DNA of 64,000 nt from assembly GCA_037447435.1 (NCBI GenBank), contig JBBIGR010000002.1, positions 128,001-192,000 on the forward strand, in the 5' to 3' direction. The notes beneath the pieces are model-generated. The model was given only the letters and a program-made list of their open reading frames with translations. It searched no databases and had not been told where the DNA came from. A program made the translations under genes and the position numbers. Of this stretch, positions 48,996-58,682 are shown in pieces. Within the stretch, counting starts at the first letter, position 1. Every line of letters begins with the position of its first letter. The stretch is from Fibrobacteria bacterium (GTDB lineage: Bacteria > Fibrobacterota > Chitinivibrionia > Chitinivibrionales > FEN-1185).

Positions 48996-49898
48996 ATGAG
49001 TGACCCTGTTTTTATTTCCGTTGGCGGTGGCAAAGGCGGTGTCGGGAAAAGCACTTTGACTGCGAATCTGGGAGCAGTTCTGGCAAAAAAGGGATTTCGA
49101 ATCGGGTTTCTTGATGCAGATCTTGCGGGTGCCAATCTTCATAATTTCGTCGGTGTCAAGCGGCCTCAATTAGGGTTACAGGATTTTTTAGCCCAAAGAA
49201 TCACTGCTTTTCCACAAATAGCATGTGCAACCCAGATCCAAAATTCCTGGCTCATTTCCGGAGCAAGCGACGTGTTCGGTCTCGCAAACCCTAAATTCGC
49301 ACAAAAGCAACGCATTATTTCACATTTAAAACAGATGCCTGCCGATTATATTTTTATTGACCTCGCCGCAGGTGCAAGCAATTCCGTCTCGGATTTTTAT
49401 GCCGCGTTTCAACATGGTATCATTGTTTCCGACAGTTTGCCGACATCCGTGGAAAACGCATATGCATATTGCAAAAACGGCGTCATCCGAGGACTTTGCA
49501 GAATATTCGGAAATAACAAAGAACTGGTTGCTCATATATGCAGACTCTCGGACCCAACGAACAAAAACGGGTTTTCGACAGTACAGGAAATGATAGCTGC
49601 ATCCGTCAAGTTTTTCCCGGAAAATGCGGCGACAATGCGCGAATGGCTTATGGTCAAGAAGCATTATCTGGTGCTTAACATGGTACGGGACGAAGAAGAT
49701 ATCCGTATCGGTAAACGGTTCGTTGAAATGGTTAAGAAATATCTTTCGCTGTCGATACAATATATTGGGTATATTTCCTATGACCCCGCTTTCCGTGAAA
49801 GCGTGCGAAAGAGTAATTGCGTCTCTTTGGAAAACCCACGCATCGAGGCGTGCTTTGATGCGATTGCGGATTCCCTGGTCAAATTGACAAAAAGGTAA
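48996..49898 (+). CDS. MinD/FlhG-like P-loop ATPase
   Basis: GGGKGGVGKS, DADLAGANLH, IDLAAG, PTSVENAY and LNMV motifs. Confidence 0.85.
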   Translation: MSDPVFISVGGGKGGVGKSTLTANLGAVLAKKGFRIGFLDADLAGANLHNFVGVKRPQLGLQDFLAQRITAFPQIACATQIQNSWLISGASDVFGLANPKFAQKQRIISHLKQMPADYIFIDLAAGASNSVSDFYAAFQHGIIVSDSLPTSVENAYAYCKNGVIRGLCRIFGNNKELVAHICRLSDPTNKNGFSTVQEMIAASVKFFPENAATMREWLMVKKHYLVLNMVRDEEDIRIGKRFVEMVKKYLSLSIQYIGYISYDPAFRESVRKSNCVSLENPRIEACFDAIADSLVKLTKR

Positions 49899-49905
49899 AA
49901 CCGAT

Positions 49906-50760
49906 ATGGGATATCAAAAATACTGGAAACTTTCTGAAAAGCCTTTTGAGGAAACCTGTAATACCCGGTTCTTCTTCGAAAGCGACGACCATCGTGAAGC
50001 GCTGGACAGAATGCTGTATGTGGTAAACGACCGTAACATGAATATGGGCCTATTGACCGGGGAAGTCGGCTGCGGTAAAACTTTGACAAAACATGTTTTT
50101 GAAGGCTCGCTTTCAAAGCACCAATTCGAAGTGATAAGCTTTGAAAATTCAAATTTTCCTTTCCTGGATATATTATACGATATTCTGTCGCGTATGTCTT
50201 TTCGTGACGCACGGCTTGCAATGGTCGAAGAAACGGGATCGTTAGATCGACGTGATAAGTACCAAATGATGCAAACGTTTAAAAAGCGAATCGAAACCCT
50301 CGTTTATGAGGAAAAACGGCATTGCGTCCTGATTTTCGATGAAGCGCAGCAAATGGCTCCCGAAGTTATCGACGAAGTAAAGAACTTGACCAATATCGCA
50401 TCCGAAACCCAGAACTATCTGACTATTTTCTTTGTCGGCCAACCTGAACTTCGCGACAAAATCAGAACAATACGACAGGTCGACCAACGGATTTTTTTAC
50501 GATTTCATTTAAATACACTCGATTATAATAATACGACAAAATACATCCAACATCGTCTCCGTATTGCAGGAAGCAACAATATCGGCCTTTTCACAACCGA
50601 CGCCGTTGAAATCATTTTCCGCTCAACAAGCGGCGTTCCCCGAGAAATCAACAGGCTATGCAAACTGGCACTTTCATACGGATTTGCGCAAGAACTGGAA
50701 AATATTGACAAAGACGATATTGAAATAATTCTTGAAGACATGCGAAAACACGATTCATGA
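49906..50760 (+). CDS. ExeA-like AAA ATPase
   Basis: YWKLSEKPF, TGEVGCGKT, IFDEAQ, VGQPEL, YIQHRL and GVPREIN motifs. Confidence 0.9.
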   Translation: MGYQKYWKLSEKPFEETCNTRFFFESDDHREALDRMLYVVNDRNMNMGLLTGEVGCGKTLTKHVFEGSLSKHQFEVISFENSNFPFLDILYDILSRMSFRDARLAMVEETGSLDRRDKYQMMQTFKKRIETLVYEEKRHCVLIFDEAQQMAPEVIDEVKNLTNIASETQNYLTIFFVGQPELRDKIRTIRQVDQRIFLRFHLNTLDYNNTTKYIQHRLRIAGSNNIGLFTTDAVEIIFRSTSGVPREINRLCKLALSYGFAQELENIDKDDIEIILEDMRKHDS

Positions 50761-53700
50761 GTAAAAAAGAAAAGAAGAAATTCAAATTAGGCGATATAAT
50801 TCAAAAACTCAATGAAGCGCAGGCTGCATCGGGTGAATCTTTGCCTGCAGAGGAACCAAAGGAAACAACAAATACCTCTAAAAGCGGTTCCAAACCCAGG
50901 TCTTTTTTTGGCCCGGAAGAACTTTCTTTAGAGCCGGAACCTTCTTCAATTCCTCCCTTTGCCGAATCAGACTATGATAGGGCATCCGATAAAAAGTCTC
51001 AAGGCGCATCGCTATCGAACGAGACTCAAGATGAACCTTTGTTCGGAAATCGGAAATTATCTAAACCTGAGTCACTTCAGAAGAGCTCATCACACCCTCT
51101 CACTGCGGACCCGATTCCGCAAACAGCAACTCAACAAATGCAAAAACCGGTTTTCGACTCCATTCAAAGTGAAACGGAAGAACCGGAATTCGACCTCATG
51201 CGATATGTCGGCGTTATTTTCCGTCGGAAAAACATCATCATCGTTTGTGCCATTTGCATGGGAATATTTTCTTTATTTGGATATATCAAAGCCGTTAAAT
51301 TTTACTCAGCGCACGCGCGGTTGTTATTTTCCCCCGGCTATCAGGACATCATGGGAGATAATACCAATGCATGGATGATTTGGGGCAGAGATGATCAGAA
51401 ATTTAACACGCATTTGGAGCTTTTAAAATCAAATACCGTTGCCCAACGTACTGCAGAGCAATTAGGTAATAAGATAACGGCAACTGATATTTCCGGCGGC
51501 CTCGCCATTGCTCGCGGAGAAAGCGGAGGAGAAAAAAACGATATCATTGATGTGACATACAAAAGCAATGACCCCCACTTATCTCAAACTGTTGCAAATC
51601 AACTGTGCAAAACATATGTCGACTATATGAAAGAGGTAAGCGTCCAAGATATCACCCGGCTACTTATGAAACTTCAGGACCAAATAGATAAGGTACAAGT
51701 CGAGCTTGACCAAAAAGAAAACCTTCTTAAGACCTTTAAAGAAAAAAACAGGACGGTACAACTGTCCTCGGAAACAAATATTACGGTATCAAAACTTTCG
51801 CAACTGGAACTCGAGCTGCAAAAGACCCAATTAGATATATTGGAAAGCAGGGAACGATTTACCGGAATAAAAAAAGAGATCGGCCAGCAGAACATAGACG
51901 TGGTACAATCCATGACCTATTCGAACCCGTTTCAGTCGAAACTCGCCGAACTTGAACTCGAACTGAACAGTCTCTCCGCCGAATACAGCCCGGAACATTT
52001 CAAGGTCAAAATGGTAAAGAGCCAAATCGATAAAATCAAAGACGCGATGAAAACCGATATCACCAAAGAAGCGGCCTCGCGAACTATGGTGAAAAATCCC
52101 ATCCGTGAGGAGTTATTGCAATCTCTTGTCAATTTATCGATAGAAAAAAGCGCTCTTGAATCCAAGGAACTCGCCCAAAAACAACTTATCAAACAACTTG
52201 ATGTAGACCTCGAAAAGCTGCCCTCAATCGAACTGCAATATGCGCAACTGACCCGTGAAACCGAATCATTGATCGAGGTTCAAAAACTGCTTAAATCCCG
52301 ATTTGAAGAAGCGCGTATCAAACACGATTCCCAGGAATCGGACCTTAAAATCCTGGAATGGGCCCAATTACCCGTTGCCGGCGTTTCCAGTGTTCCCTTC
52401 ACAAAAGTTTTACTCGGTTTTCTAATCGGAATAGTCATCGGAATTGCCCTGGCATTTGGTATAGAATTTTTAGATCAGTCAATTAAGGATCCTCAAAGCA
52501 TCGAGCGCGTCATGGAGTTGCCGCTATTAGGCATCGTTCCTATCATTGAAATGGAAAAAGCAATCATCGACGGCACTTCCGAAAAATGGCGCACGGTTTT
52601 AGAACCCTTCCGGGCTCTGAGAGCTACGCTAAAGCATTTGGCAAATGCAAATCAAATTAAAACCCTTATTATTTGCAGCGCGGTCAAAGGTGAAGGAAAA
52701 ACCACTCTTGCGGCAAATCTGGCAATCACGTTTTCCCTTGACGGAAAAAAAGTTATTCTTGTGGACGGCGATCTTCGTCGGGCTCAAATGCATACTTTAT
52801 TTAATATTCCAAAATACAACGGCCTTTCCGATTATCTTTTAGGAACCCGCGATACCGAAGAAATCCTAAAACCGACGGTACATGAAAATCTTCGTGTCAT
52901 AACTGCCGGCGAACATCCCGATAATCCGTCGGAACTGATTGGAAGCGCCCGGTTCGATCAATTAGTTCATGAACTCCGTTCAATGGCGGATTTCATAATT
53001 TTCGATTCCCCTGCATTACTGCCGGTAAGCGACGGCTTGTCGATGGCACCTAAAGTCGATGCTTGCGTAATGGTTTTTCGCGCATTGTGGACTCCTTTAA
53101 AAGCAGCCCAGCAGGCAAAAAATCAGCTCAAACGAATTGGATGCAATATTGTTGGAGGCATACTTAACGGCATATCCCATTCCCGCGGGTATTATCCCTA
53201 TTATTATGGGTATTATCGATACTATGCTTATAAATACACCTACGAAGAAGATCATGATCGTCCGCATAAGGCGCCGACATTACGGGAAGTCGGATTAAAA
53301 ATCGAGCAAGTTTTTCGAAACAGCGTGAAATCATTTGTATTTTCTTTTCCGCAAATTCGTGCCAAGTCGCTTGTTTTTATGGGGCAACTATTCAGAAAAA
53401 AGACCTTCTGGTTGCTTTTATCCCTCCTTGTTTTAATTCCAATTATTTTCTCGATATTAAAATTCGCCGGAATCGGAGTCAATAACCGGGACATCGTTTA
53501 TATGACAAAAAAGGATACTATCCAATATCTATCTCCAACCGCGACGCCTTCCGCAATTGAAACTATCGGCACACCGCCTTCCGCCATAGGTGTCGTAGAT
53601 ACCGCGTCCGCATCAGCCTTTTCAATGTCCCATTCCGGCCTTCAATCCGGATCAGACCAATTTGAAAAACAGCAAAAAGCAATTAAGGTGGCGATTTCGG

Positions 53701-54059
53701 CCCCCCCCATTCTTCTATCGATTAAAGACAGCATTGCTCAATGGGAGACCGCATTGAATGCCGCGAACGCCGAAAGATTTGTTTCGTTTTACGATTCCCT
53801 CAGGTTTAAATTTCCCGGGAAAACATTTACCGAATGGAGAACCGAAATCTCGTCCGTTATAAATAATTCGTCAAAGCCGCAACGCATCGTCGTGGACTCG
53901 ATTTGGTCCGATTCTATTGCAGCTCCTTTTTTTCAAACGTCTTTTGCCTGCTCCCTCTTTACTTCGGTCGATACGCTGATGCGGACCTACAGTCTTGTAT
54001 GGCAAAACATGAGCTCCACTTGGCGGATTATCCGCGAAAAGCACAAGGACCAATTATGA
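50757..54059 (+). CDS. Wzc-type polysaccharide co-polymerase/BY-kinase with N- and C-terminal extensions
   Basis: Two TMs with coiled coils between them; LPLLGIVP, GEGKTT, VDGDLRR and FDSP motifs; Tyr cluster YYPYYYGYYRYYAYKYTY; then an extra TM and domain. Confidence 0.88.
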   Translation: MSKKEKKKFKLGDIIQKLNEAQAASGESLPAEEPKETTNTSKSGSKPRSFFGPEELSLEPEPSSIPPFAESDYDRASDKKSQGASLSNETQDEPLFGNRKLSKPESLQKSSSHPLTADPIPQTATQQMQKPVFDSIQSETEEPEFDLMRYVGVIFRRKNIIIVCAICMGIFSLFGYIKAVKFYSAHARLLFSPGYQDIMGDNTNAWMIWGRDDQKFNTHLELLKSNTVAQRTAEQLGNKITATDISGGLAIARGESGGEKNDIIDVTYKSNDPHLSQTVANQLCKTYVDYMKEVSVQDITRLLMKLQDQIDKVQVELDQKENLLKTFKEKNRTVQLSSETNITVSKLSQLELELQKTQLDILESRERFTGIKKEIGQQNIDVVQSMTYSNPFQSKLAELELELNSLSAEYSPEHFKVKMVKSQIDKIKDAMKTDITKEAASRTMVKNPIREELLQSLVNLSIEKSALESKELAQKQLIKQLDVDLEKLPSIELQYAQLTRETESLIEVQKLLKSRFEEARIKHDSQESDLKILEWAQLPVAGVSSVPFTKVLLGFLIGIVIGIALAFGIEFLDQSIKDPQSIERVMELPLLGIVPIIEMEKAIIDGTSEKWRTVLEPFRALRATLKHLANANQIKTLIICSAVKGEGKTTLAANLAITFSLDGKKVILVDGDLRRAQMHTLFNIPKYNGLSDYLLGTRDTEEILKPTVHENLRVITAGEHPDNPSELIGSARFDQLVHELRSMADFIIFDSPALLPVSDGLSMAPKVDACVMVFRALWTPLKAAQQAKNQLKRIGCNIVGGILNGISHSRGYYPYYYGYYRYYAYKYTYEEDHDRPHKAPTLREVGLKIEQVFRNSVKSFVFSFPQIRAKSLVFMGQLFRKKTFWLLLSLLVLIPIIFSILKFAGIGVNNRDIVYMTKKDTIQYLSPTATPSAIETIGTPPSAIGVVDTASASAFSMSHSGLQSGSDQFEKQQKAIKVAISAPPILLSIKDSIAQWETALNAANAERFVSFYDSLRFKFPGKTFTEWRTEISSVINNSSKPQRIVVDSIWSDSIAAPFFQTSFACSLFTSVDTLMRTYSLVWQNMSSTWRIIREKHKDQL

Positions 54060-55639
54060 GCCTTTCAAGGGTTTTCAAAAGACGTATCGCCACGATGTCG
54101 ATATACGCGGTTTTGGTCGGCGCAATTGCATGGCAATTGAGTTATTACATACCGAAATTCCTCGGCCGGGATTCTGCGGATGCCGTTGACCACATTCTGG
54201 TAACGGTCAGCGGAAATGTGCTTCACCCGGGACAATACAAAGTACCTTCGGGAACAACTCATTTCGAAATTCTAAAGGTTGCCGGAGTCAAACCGACCTC
54301 CGACATTTCAACGTTCAGTCTTGCGCAACAAATAACCGATAATCAACAGCTGCAGGTCGGTACAATGCCTAATCCGGTTTCGCTTAAACCCGCAAGCGAT
54401 AAAATTCGTTGCGAGTTTTTTCTCGGCGACGTCGCCGTTATCGCTGCCGACGGACATACAAAAGCAAAAGAAGACGGATTGGAAATCACCCCGGGAGACC
54501 GCCTCCTTACCGAAGAGAAATCCCAGACCGAACTTTCGGTTTCAACATTTTCGCGCATTGACGTCGACAATTTTTCGGAACTTGTTTTTGACAAGATCGG
54601 CGTCCAGGAAAACAACAGGAGTACGACCTGGCTAACGCAAAAATCCGGCATTTGTTGGTATAAAATCGTATACGGCTCAAAGGGCGAGTTGTTTCGCGTG
54701 AGTACGCCGCTTGCAACGGTAACCGTTGCCGGCACCGGTGCCGACTTTACCGTTACGGTTAAGCCCGATGAAATAACTATTGACAATATGGACGGCCTTC
54801 TGCTCATCGAAAGGACCGGGAGTACGGAAGCAATCAACCTGATTTCGGGGCAATCCGCATCTATTTTCAACGATAACAGACCGTTTCAGGTTACTTCGCT
54901 GACGGCGGAAGGGAATCCGTCGGACCGGTTTTCCGGATTGACTAAAGAAAAAGCGAACGTGGTCATGCGGCATATGCCGCTTAATTTTGCTTTTTGCGGC
55001 GTCCCCGGCGTTTATTATTTCGGGTCCGTCGACTTTGAACGCGGGCTTATTTCTATTGTAAACTTGCCTCCCGAAACTTCGGTCGAGGAGTACGTGCAGG
55101 GTTGCGCAACGATCGATCAGGCATTTTTATACGGAGGGGGAATATTCGTCACGACCCTCATGGAGCAAATATTCGGAACGAGGATCCCAAAATTCTTTGT
55201 GTTGGAAAAAGAAGATGTAATCCGGATCGCAGGATCTATAGGAGGTTTGAAAATTTCCGTCGACGATAAGGCCGCCAGTCTCATGAGACTTTCAAAGGGC
55301 TCTCAGAAGCTTACCAGTCATCAACTTGCTTTATTTTTAAAACCGGGTTTATCGGGAATCGATGACTTCAGAAACAGACAAAATACCGTTTTAAAAGCGG
55401 TTTTCGATGGATTGAGTTCAAAAAACATCGTTATGACATCCCTTTTGGCGGAACAAATTTTCACTAACACTCACACTAATTTTTCGACAAAGGAAGTCAT
55501 GGACGAATATACAAAATTTACCAATGTCCAAAACTGGCAGTTCCGGCAAAATTCTATGCCGGTAAAGCAAAACGTACGCGGCGGAAAAATGGTATTGGAC
55601 CCGGATATCGAAGCGTATAAAAAACTTAACCAACAGTAA
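54056..55639 (+). CDS. TM-SLBB-FecR-LCP-like fusion protein
   Basis: VSGNVLHPGQY (SLBB); GDRLLT...VSTPLATVTVAGT..FTV (FecR); AFLYGG, GGLKISVD, GSQKL and RNRQ (LCP-like). Confidence 0.65.
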   Translation: MSLSRVFKRRIATMSIYAVLVGAIAWQLSYYIPKFLGRDSADAVDHILVTVSGNVLHPGQYKVPSGTTHFEILKVAGVKPTSDISTFSLAQQITDNQQLQVGTMPNPVSLKPASDKIRCEFFLGDVAVIAADGHTKAKEDGLEITPGDRLLTEEKSQTELSVSTFSRIDVDNFSELVFDKIGVQENNRSTTWLTQKSGICWYKIVYGSKGELFRVSTPLATVTVAGTGADFTVTVKPDEITIDNMDGLLLIERTGSTEAINLISGQSASIFNDNRPFQVTSLTAEGNPSDRFSGLTKEKANVVMRHMPLNFAFCGVPGVYYFGSVDFERGLISIVNLPPETSVEEYVQGCATIDQAFLYGGGIFVTTLMEQIFGTRIPKFFVLEKEDVIRIAGSIGGLKISVDDKAASLMRLSKGSQKLTSHQLALFLKPGLSGIDDFRNRQNTVLKAVFDGLSSKNIVMTSLLAEQIFTNTHTNFSTKEVMDEYTKFTNVQNWQFRQNSMPVKQNVRGGKMVLDPDIEAYKKLNQQ

Positions 55640-55655
55640 AAGCAGGACACAACTC

Positions 55656-56513
55656 ATGAAACTCTTTATTATAGGCTGTAATGGACAGCTTGGACAAGAC
55701 ATGGCGATTAGCGCAAAAAAAAGAGGGCATAGTGTTTCCGGCTCGGATTTTCCCGCGATAGACATTACAAACGAACAAAGCGTTGCGAATGCCGTTGCCG
55801 AAAATTCTCCGGATTGCATAATAAACTGCGCGGCGCATACCGCCGTTGATTTATGCGAAACAGAACCCGAAAAAGCCTTTGCCATAAACAAAAACGGCGT
55901 AAAGAACATAGCGATTGCCGCCCGTAAAACCGGTGCGAAAATCGTCCATATAAGCACCGATTACGTGTTTGACGGAACTAAAAAAGGGCCCTATTATGAA
56001 ACAGATATCCCCAACCCGGCATCGGTGTACGGGAAATCAAAACTTGCGGGCGAAGAAATTCTTGCCCAAAATTATGATCGCTATTTTACCTTTCGATTGG
56101 CATGGCTTTATGGCACTAGGGGCAATAATTTCCTTAAAACCATTCGATCCATCGCTCAAAAACGCGTTGAAACGCATGAACCGCTCAAGGTTGTAAATGA
56201 TCAAATCGGAACACCGACATACACGCTTCACGTTTGCGAACAAATCCTTTCGGTAATTTCCACCGATAATTTCGGTTTATTCCATTCGACGAACGAGGGG
56301 TTTTGCAGTTGGTTCGACTTTGCTAAAGCAATTGTGGAAAGCTATAAGATTCCCGTGCAAGTTTTACCCTGTACTACCGCCGAATTCCCACGGCCCGCTC
56401 CAAGACCAGCAAACAGCGTTCTGGAAAATGAACGTTTGAAAAAACTCGGAATGAACATACTGCCTCGATGGGAAAAGGGGCTACAAGATTATATCAAGGA
56501 AGAAACAATATGA
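55656..56513 (+). CDS. rfbD: dTDP-4-dehydrorhamnose reductase
   Basis: GCNGQLG, STDYVFDG, YGKSKLAGE, DQIGTPT and PAPRP motifs. Confidence 0.95.
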   Translation: MKLFIIGCNGQLGQDMAISAKKRGHSVSGSDFPAIDITNEQSVANAVAENSPDCIINCAAHTAVDLCETEPEKAFAINKNGVKNIAIAARKTGAKIVHISTDYVFDGTKKGPYYETDIPNPASVYGKSKLAGEEILAQNYDRYFTFRLAWLYGTRGNNFLKTIRSIAQKRVETHEPLKVVNDQIGTPTYTLHVCEQILSVISTDNFGLFHSTNEGFCSWFDFAKAIVESYKIPVQVLPCTTAEFPRPAPRPANSVLENERLKKLGMNILPRWEKGLQDYIKEETI

Positions 56514-57493
56514 AAATACTTGTCACCGGCGGTTGCGGCTTTATCGGTTCGAATTTCATTTTACAAGCATTAAAAAACCATTCGGATTACTCCATAGTTA
56601 ATATCGACCTATTGACCTATGCCGGAAATCCCGATAATTTGCTCTCTATCGAAAAAGACGGCCGATATACTTTTGTCAAAGCAGACATTTGCGACCAAAG
56701 CGCCTGTTCCGCTCTATTTACAAAGCATCAATTCGACGCAGTAGTGCATTTTGCCGCAGAGTCTCATGTGGATAGAAGCATAGAAGGACCAAAGGCCTTT
56801 GTACTCACCAATGTCCTCGGCACGCAAAACCTTCTTGAATGCGCGCGGAACGCTTGGAACGGTCAATGGCAAAATAAACGCTTTGTCCATGTGTCGACCG
56901 ATGAAGTTTACGGCAGTCTTGGAAATACGGGATGTTTTTCCGAAACAACGCCGCTCGCGCCCAACAGTCCTTATTCCGCAAGTAAGGCCGGAAGCGATTT
57001 GATCGCCCGTTCTTATTTCGAAACCTTTGGTTTTCCGTCGATTATAACTCGGTGTTCGAACAATTACGGCCCCTATCAATTTCCCGAAAAATTGATTCCG
57101 CTCATGATTACCAATGCGATGGCAAACAAGCCGTTGCCCGTATACGGCGACGGTAAAAATGTCCGCGACTGGCTTTATGTTACCGATCACTGCGCTGCTA
57201 TCGATACCGTTCTTGGAAAAGGAAGGATCGGCCAGGTCTACAATATCGGCGGCTCAAACGAATGGCATAACATCGATATCGTCAAGCTCATACTTTCCGA
57301 ACTTGGGAAACCCCAATCTTTAATAAACTATGTGACGGACAGGCTTGGTCACGACAGACGGTATGCAATTGATGCAAGCAAAATCAAGCAAGAACTGGGT
57401 TGGACGCCATCAATATCTTTTGCAGAAGGAATCAAACATACAATCACCTGGTATATCGAGAACAAATGGTGGTGGGAAAAACTTTTAAAGTAA
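56510..57493 (+). CDS. rfbB: dTDP-glucose 4,6-dehydratase
   Basis: TGGCGFIGS, AAESHVDRS, STDEVYG, YSASKA and NNYGPYQFPEK motifs. Confidence 0.96.
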   Translation: MKILVTGGCGFIGSNFILQALKNHSDYSIVNIDLLTYAGNPDNLLSIEKDGRYTFVKADICDQSACSALFTKHQFDAVVHFAAESHVDRSIEGPKAFVLTNVLGTQNLLECARNAWNGQWQNKRFVHVSTDEVYGSLGNTGCFSETTPLAPNSPYSASKAGSDLIARSYFETFGFPSIITRCSNNYGPYQFPEKLIPLMITNAMANKPLPVYGDGKNVRDWLYVTDHCAAIDTVLGKGRIGQVYNIGGSNEWHNIDIVKLILSELGKPQSLINYVTDRLGHDRRYAIDASKIKQELGWTPSISFAEGIKHTITWYIENKWWWEKLLK

Positions 57494-57538
57494 CAATGCA
57501 AATTGTTCTATCGTAAAGACTATTGAACCTTTTAAGCT

Positions 57539-58309
57539 TTATACAAACAAAGCTTTTCTTCGAAATTCCGCAGGACCGATTTTCTGCGATCGGATAAATG
57601 CTTTCGTAAAATGATTTCTATCGCAAAACCCCGTTGTTTCGGCGATATGGTCTATACTGAGACTTGAGTATTTTAGTAAATTGCACGCTTTTTGAAATCT
57701 TTTTGCCTCAAAATATTTTTTGGGCGTTGCTTTCATTTTTTGCTTAAAGAAATGAATAAACGCATTTGTATTCATCCCCACAAGTTGAGCAAGCTCCCCG
57801 TTGGCCAGCTTATTTCCTAAATTCGCATCCATAAAATTGCAAACCGTTACCAACCGAGGATCATTCAGAACAGGGGTTTGAATTTTTTCAGACATAGCAC
57901 ACAAAGCTTTCGCAACGATCAAATTCGAAAGCAACAAAAATCTCGGGGTTTCGGATTGTCCGGCATTCAGCAATGAAATTGCTTCGGTAATGGTCTTCTT
58001 TAATTCCGGTGTAATGGTAAAATCATATAGCCCCGGCTGCATTTGCCCGGACGAATAACTGACGGTAAAATGAATGAAAAAATGATGCACTTCGTTTTTC
58101 GTATGTTTGTCGAACGGCGTATTGGGTGGAATAAGCACTACCTTTTCAGGTCCAAGTTCAACAAGCTGCTTTCCAAGAGTTAGGCTGGCTCCTTCGTTTC
58201 CATTCCAATACAATCGCCAAAACGGCGACGATCGGTTTTTGTTGGCCCATGTATCGGTACCAAACGTTTTGTAGCACAAAAGAACCTGAATCGTGAGACC
58301 TAAATCCAT
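57539..58309 (-). CDS. AraC family transcriptional regulator
   Basis: Cupin-like N-domain; C-terminal double HTH (IAETTGFCDRNHFTKAF...GPAEFR). Confidence 0.9.
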   Translation of the reverse strand: MDLGLTIQVLLCYKTFGTDTWANKNRSSPFWRLYWNGNEGASLTLGKQLVELGPEKVVLIPPNTPFDKHTKNEVHHFFIHFTVSYSSGQMQPGLYDFTITPELKKTITEAISLLNAGQSETPRFLLLSNLIVAKALCAMSEKIQTPVLNDPRLVTVCNFMDANLGNKLANGELAQLVGMNTNAFIHFFKQKMKATPKKYFEAKRFQKACNLLKYSSLSIDHIAETTGFCDRNHFTKAFIRSQKIGPAEFRRKALFV

Positions 58310-58567
58310 GTTTTTATCCTTTAATTTTCTTGTACCCGGAATAATCGGGCGAATTCCATGAAATAAGCGTACTTTGCCATAACATTTTTAAATCGAATTA
58401 TTGAATAAAACTTTATCATACTTGAGGGGTCGTATGTAAATCTTGCATAAATATTCAACAAATCGTACCGGCTTAATAAAATGAAACTACTTTCCCTCTT
58501 CGACTTTCACACGTAATTACTGTATACTTTTAAAATAATAGGTACCGTAAGTACGATATGATTATTA

Positions 58568-58623
58568 TACATAAAATAGATGGATTTATCAATAGATTTT
58601 TAAAAAAAATGCATCGATATTAT
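58568..58623 (+). promoter_or_regulatory. Conserved promoter/activator block, copy 1
   Basis: 45/56 nt identical, ungapped, to 61306-61361; ends in a -10-like TATTAT. Confidence 0.7.
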
Positions 58624-58682
58624 CAAGCAGAGCAATAACTGGAAGTCCATTTTTTATTAACCTTACTGCGGAGCAATAAAAT

